From contig JBBQXJ010000007.1 of assembly GCA_038209745.1 (NCBI GenBank), forward strand, positions 15,037 through 79,036: a stretch of DNA of 64,000 nucleotides. Direction: 5' to 3'. Below the pieces are notes generated by a model. It made no database searches and had not been told where the DNA came from. It saw nothing but the letters and a program-made list of their open reading frames with translations. Every line of letters begins with the position of its first letter. Within the stretch, counting starts at the first letter, position 1. Positions 60,881 to 64,000 of the stretch are shown one piece after another. Position numbers and translations under genes: made by a program. The stretch is from Verrucomicrobiota bacterium (GTDB lineage Bacteria > Verrucomicrobiota > Verrucomicrobiia > Limisphaerales > CANJSG01).

Positions 60881-61573
60881 TTGTTCGACGTGCAAAGTAT
60901 CGATCTGAAAAAGGCGTTCGGCGGCACCGTCCGAGTTTGGCGCAACCGGCTTGGACTCTCCCAAGAAGAGCTGGGAGGGCGCGCCGGCCTGCACCGGACC
61001 TATGTCTCGGACATCGAACGCGGCTCCCGCAACGTCTCCCTCGAGAGCATGGAGAAGCTGGCGGGTGCCCTTCAAGTTTCCGTCGGAACCCTCTTTTCCA
61101 GTCCCGCCGAGCCCCCTCCGCAAAACGGAAACCAATCCGTGATCGAGATCCTGTTGGTCGAAGATTCTCCGATCGACATCACCCTCGCCAAGGCAGCCCT
61201 GAAGGCCTCCGGCGTCCTCCACCGCATCGAGGTCGCCATCGACGGAGCCGCGGCGTTGACCCACGTCTTCGGGCCCTCATCCAACGGCGAACGCCGCGCT
61301 CCCGTGCGGCGCCCCGACTTGATCCTGCTCGATCTCGGGCTTCCCAAGGTCGACGGCATGGAGGTCCTGCGGATCATCAAGGGCGACGAGCGAACCCGCT
61401 CGATTCCCGTGGTGGTCTTGACCGCCTCCAGCAGCGACCAGGATCTGGACGACAGCCGCCGACTCGGAGCCGACGGCTACCTCACCAAACCCGTGGACCT
61501 GACCGGCCTGAGCAAGATCACCCCCCGACTGAGCCTCAAGTGGGCTCTGCTGGCGCCGGATCAGCTCGCTTGA
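60881..61573 (+). CDS. Response regulator with an N-terminal XRE-type HTH and a C-terminal receiver domain
   Basis: HTH_XRE: VRVWRNRLGLSQEELGGRAGLHRTYVSDIERGSRNVSLESMEKLAGAL. REC: ILLVEDSPID...DLILLDLGLPKVDG...VVVLTAS...TKP. The start is uncertain. The track ORF starts at TTG 60836, inside a hairpin, so I use TTG 60881; GTG 60890 is also possible. Confidence 0.8.
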   Translation: MFDVQSIDLKKAFGGTVRVWRNRLGLSQEELGGRAGLHRTYVSDIERGSRNVSLESMEKLAGALQVSVGTLFSSPAEPPPQNGNQSVIEILLVEDSPIDITLAKAALKASGVLHRIEVAIDGAAALTHVFGPSSNGERRAPVRRPDLILLDLGLPKVDGMEVLRIIKGDERTRSIPVVVLTASSSDQDLDDSRRLGADGYLTKPVDLTGLSKITPRLSLKWALLAPDQLA

Positions 61574-61757
61574 TCCGAGAACCGTAGCGCTTCGGACACA
61601 GGTCCGGATCCGAGATGTGAGACCAAACCGGGAGTGGGCCGGAGTGGCGGATTGAATGGGCGAGTTCAAGATCGCTCGGCCGACGGTCCACCACGAATGC
61701 TCAACCATGGCTCTTGTGAATAACGCGATCAAACAGACCCAGGACGCGGGATCCCGA

Positions 61758-62384
61758 ATGCTCAAGGCGGGAGCCCTCGTCGTGACCCTCATCGGCTTCG
61801 TCGCCACTACCGGATGTCACAGTCTGGAAATAACCCAGCCCAAACGTTCGGTCGCGGAACAGCTTCTCCTGAGCACCGCCACGGACCGCGCGGTGACGGG
61901 GATCGATCTGACACCGCTCCGCCACAAGTCCGTCTTCGTCGAGGAGCGCTACTTTAAAAGCTATGACAAGGGCTACGCCATCGGCTGCCTGCGCCAGGCC
62001 ATTTCCGAAAGCGGCGCGCGACTGGTGAAAACCAGGAACCAGGCCGATCTGATCGTGGAGATCCGCAGCGGCGCCCTGGGCCTGGATACCCGCAGCACCT
62101 TGATCGGTATCCCGGCCTTCACGGTCCCCATCCCTCTGGCCGGCCCTGTATCGACACCAGAAATTGCCTTTTACAAGAGCCAACTGTCGGATTCCACGGC
62201 CAAGTTCGCCCTCTTCGCCTATGAGCGGGAGTCCGGCGAACACGTCCATTCTTCCGGCCCTTTGAACGGCACCGCCTACTTCAACCACTATCTCTTCCTC
62301 GGGTTCTTCAACTGGCGGGGCACCGACATCCCGCAACTGGATCTCAAGCTAAAGGAAAAGGTCACTACGAAGCAGTCGCGGTGA
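61758..62384 (+). CDS. Hypothetical lipoprotein
   Basis: Start MLKAGALVVTLIGFVATTGC gives a lipobox (ATG 61758). Composition is normal and no domain was recognised. Confidence 0.5.
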   Translation: MLKAGALVVTLIGFVATTGCHSLEITQPKRSVAEQLLLSTATDRAVTGIDLTPLRHKSVFVEERYFKSYDKGYAIGCLRQAISESGARLVKTRNQADLIVEIRSGALGLDTRSTLIGIPAFTVPIPLAGPVSTPEIAFYKSQLSDSTAKFALFAYERESGEHVHSSGPLNGTAYFNHYLFLGFFNWRGTDIPQLDLKLKEKVTTKQSR

Positions 62385-62428
62385 CCCTGTAAATCCGACG
62401 GATCCGGAACGCTTGGAGGAGCGCGGGC

Positions 62429-63700
62429 CTATTCCTTGCCTTCTCCCACATAGACGATGCGGGAGATCGCGTCTTTGGGCGAGCCGGTGAACCAGCCGCC
62501 GTATTCCGCCATGTAGATCGCCCCGTCCTTGCCGAGCTGCATCTGGAGCGGGCCGGCCGTGAGGCCCCGACCAAACGACGTGGTCTTGATCACGGTGTGG
62601 GTCGCCGGATCCACTTCGGCGAAGCGGATCGTTTTCCGGGTGAAGTCGGAGTAGAACATGCCCCCCTGATATTTGTCGGGGAACGCGCCCTTGCCCGAAG
62701 CGTGGTAGATGGGGCCCACCGTGATGCTGGCGCCGCCGACATGGCCATAGGTCAGCCAAGGTTTGATCGCGTTCGGATAGCGATTGGTCTCAGTGGTCGG
62801 ATAGACCGGGATGTTGTTGCCCATGTAGAAGGGCCAGCCGTAGTTCCCGCCCGCCTGGAGCAGGTTGATCTCTTCCCAATCCTCCTGCCGATCATAGCCG
62901 ACCTCGCCCACATAGACGCGGCCGTCGGTCAGGTCGATGTGCATCGAATACGGGTTCCGATGGCCGAAGGAGTAGACTTGCGGCGCCGCACCGGGCGTCT
63001 GGACGAAGGGATTGTCCGTTGGGATCGAGCCGTCGAGATTGATCCGAAAGGTTTTGCCCTGATACATGCCGAGGACCTGGGGCGGATTCTTGGGGTCGTC
63101 CCAAAACTTCTTGGTGTCCGTGGAGACGTTGTTGTCGCCCATGGTCACGTAGAGCTTCCCGTCCTTCGGGTTGTATTGCATGGCGCCGCCCTGATGGAAC
63201 CCGCGCAGGGAAACCCACTCCATCAGCATCTTCTCGCTGCCGGCCTTGAGTGACGTCGCGTGCTTCGGATCGTCCACCACGAAGCGAGAGACCCGGTTCG
63301 AGTAGACCTGCCCGCCGTATTCCGGGGCGTAGTAGAGATAGACCTCGCCGTTCTTCAGATAGTCGGGATGGAACTCGATGCCGTGCAGACCGCGCTCGTT
63401 CGCTTCCCGACCCGGCACTGGATGCCAATCGGTCGGGATAGTGGCGATCAGGTCATGCTTCTTCGTCCCGAAATCATAGGCCCAGACCTCGCCGCGACGG
63501 CCCGTGAACCAGAGGCGGCCATCGGGACAGAACTGGAGGTAGACCGGCTCCTGGATGTCGCCCTGCACCAGCGCTTCATAACGAAATCCGGGCGGGAGCT
63601 TCAGGTCGGGATTGCCCTCGGCGGCGGCGGCCGGCCCCGGGTTCAGGAACAAGGCGCCACAGGCCAGAGCCAGCGCCGCAAGACGATGCGGGAATGTCAT
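62429..63700 (-). CDS. PQQ-dependent sugar dehydrogenase (glucose/sorbosone dehydrogenase family), secreted
   Basis: Start MTFPHRLAALALACGALFL (ATG 63698-63700). Features: GLHGIEFHPDY, YSFGHRNPYS, GGNYGWP. Confidence 0.8.
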   Translation of the reverse strand: MTFPHRLAALALACGALFLNPGPAAAAEGNPDLKLPPGFRYEALVQGDIQEPVYLQFCPDGRLWFTGRRGEVWAYDFGTKKHDLIATIPTDWHPVPGREANERGLHGIEFHPDYLKNGEVYLYYAPEYGGQVYSNRVSRFVVDDPKHATSLKAGSEKMLMEWVSLRGFHQGGAMQYNPKDGKLYVTMGDNNVSTDTKKFWDDPKNPPQVLGMYQGKTFRINLDGSIPTDNPFVQTPGAAPQVYSFGHRNPYSMHIDLTDGRVYVGEVGYDRQEDWEEINLLQAGGNYGWPFYMGNNIPVYPTTETNRYPNAIKPWLTYGHVGGASITVGPIYHASGKGAFPDKYQGGMFYSDFTRKTIRFAEVDPATHTVIKTTSFGRGLTAGPLQMQLGKDGAIYMAEYGGWFTGSPKDAISRIVYVGEGKE

Positions 63701-63774
63701 TAGGCGAGCTTGGACGAAGCCGACGGCCAATCAATTCCCTAAAATTGTCGACACGGACGAAACAGTCCCCCCGG

Positions 63775-64000
63775 TCATCCCGCTGTCCTGGCCACTTCCC
63801 GCATCCATTCGCCGACCGCCTGCTTGATCGATCCAGCAACGTCCGCCCGCGGCTTGGCAAACTTCGGCGTGAACCACGGGAAACCGCCCACCAGATCCGG
63901 CGTGACGAGGATCTGTCCGTCGCAGTCCAGCCCGGATCCGATCCCGATCGTCGGAATCGGAACCGCCTCCGAGAGTTCCTTCGCCACGGGCGGCGTGACC
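63775..64000 (-). CDS. panB: 3-methyl-2-oxobutanoate hydroxymethyltransferase, C-terminal part (gene continues beyond the window)
   Basis: VPIPTIGIGSGLDCDGQILVTPDLVG....PKFAK matches the PanB C-terminus (IPVIGIGAG..DGQILV..D..G....PKFAK). Confidence 0.8.
   Translation of the reverse strand, partial: VTPPVAKELSEAVPIPTIGIGSGLDCDGQILVTPDLVGGFPWFTPKFAKPRADVAGSIKQAVGEWMREVARTAG

Overview
High-GC chromosomal window. The gene content looks like the PVC superphylum, most likely Verrucomicrobiota: an H-X9-DG pseudopilin, many PQQ-like beta-propeller proteins, a futalosine-pathway radical SAM enzyme and a PPi-dependent PFK. I support about 55 coding regions, mostly housekeeping (prfA, rpmE, prmC, trmB, thiE, corA, aqpZ, panB, PFK, peptidases, two-component systems). 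No rRNA, tRNA or CRISPR array was seen. Many long ORFs in the track are antisense or off-frame shadows of real genes, as expected at this GC content, and I rejected them. The best candidate system is a canonical SAM-I riboswitch with a terminator/antiterminator platform (23725-23896, minus). It drives a bicistron of a threonine-synthase-fold PLP enzyme and a CysO/MoaD-type sulfur carrier ending in GG, closed by its own terminator. Directly downstream sit a second paralogous carrier, a stand-alone NIL-domain protein and an FKBP. I read this as a SAM-repressed, protein-thiocarboxylate-dependent homocysteine/methionine module rather than threonine synthesis. Other observations: (1) a ~180-bp repeat with terminal inverted repeats, present twice, each copy supplying the stop codon of the abutting gene; (2) a caspase-like C-terminal fragment in frame directly after the TAG stop of a hybrid histidine kinase; (3) a decayed low-GC gene with three in-frame stops; (4) a frameshifted Clp_N mini-gene; (5) a 6x heptanucleotide tandem repeat inside thiE; (6) inverted triple 10-mer arrays upstream of thiE; (7) an XRE-HTH/receiver fusion regulator. 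All homology calls come from reading translations by eye; no searches were run.
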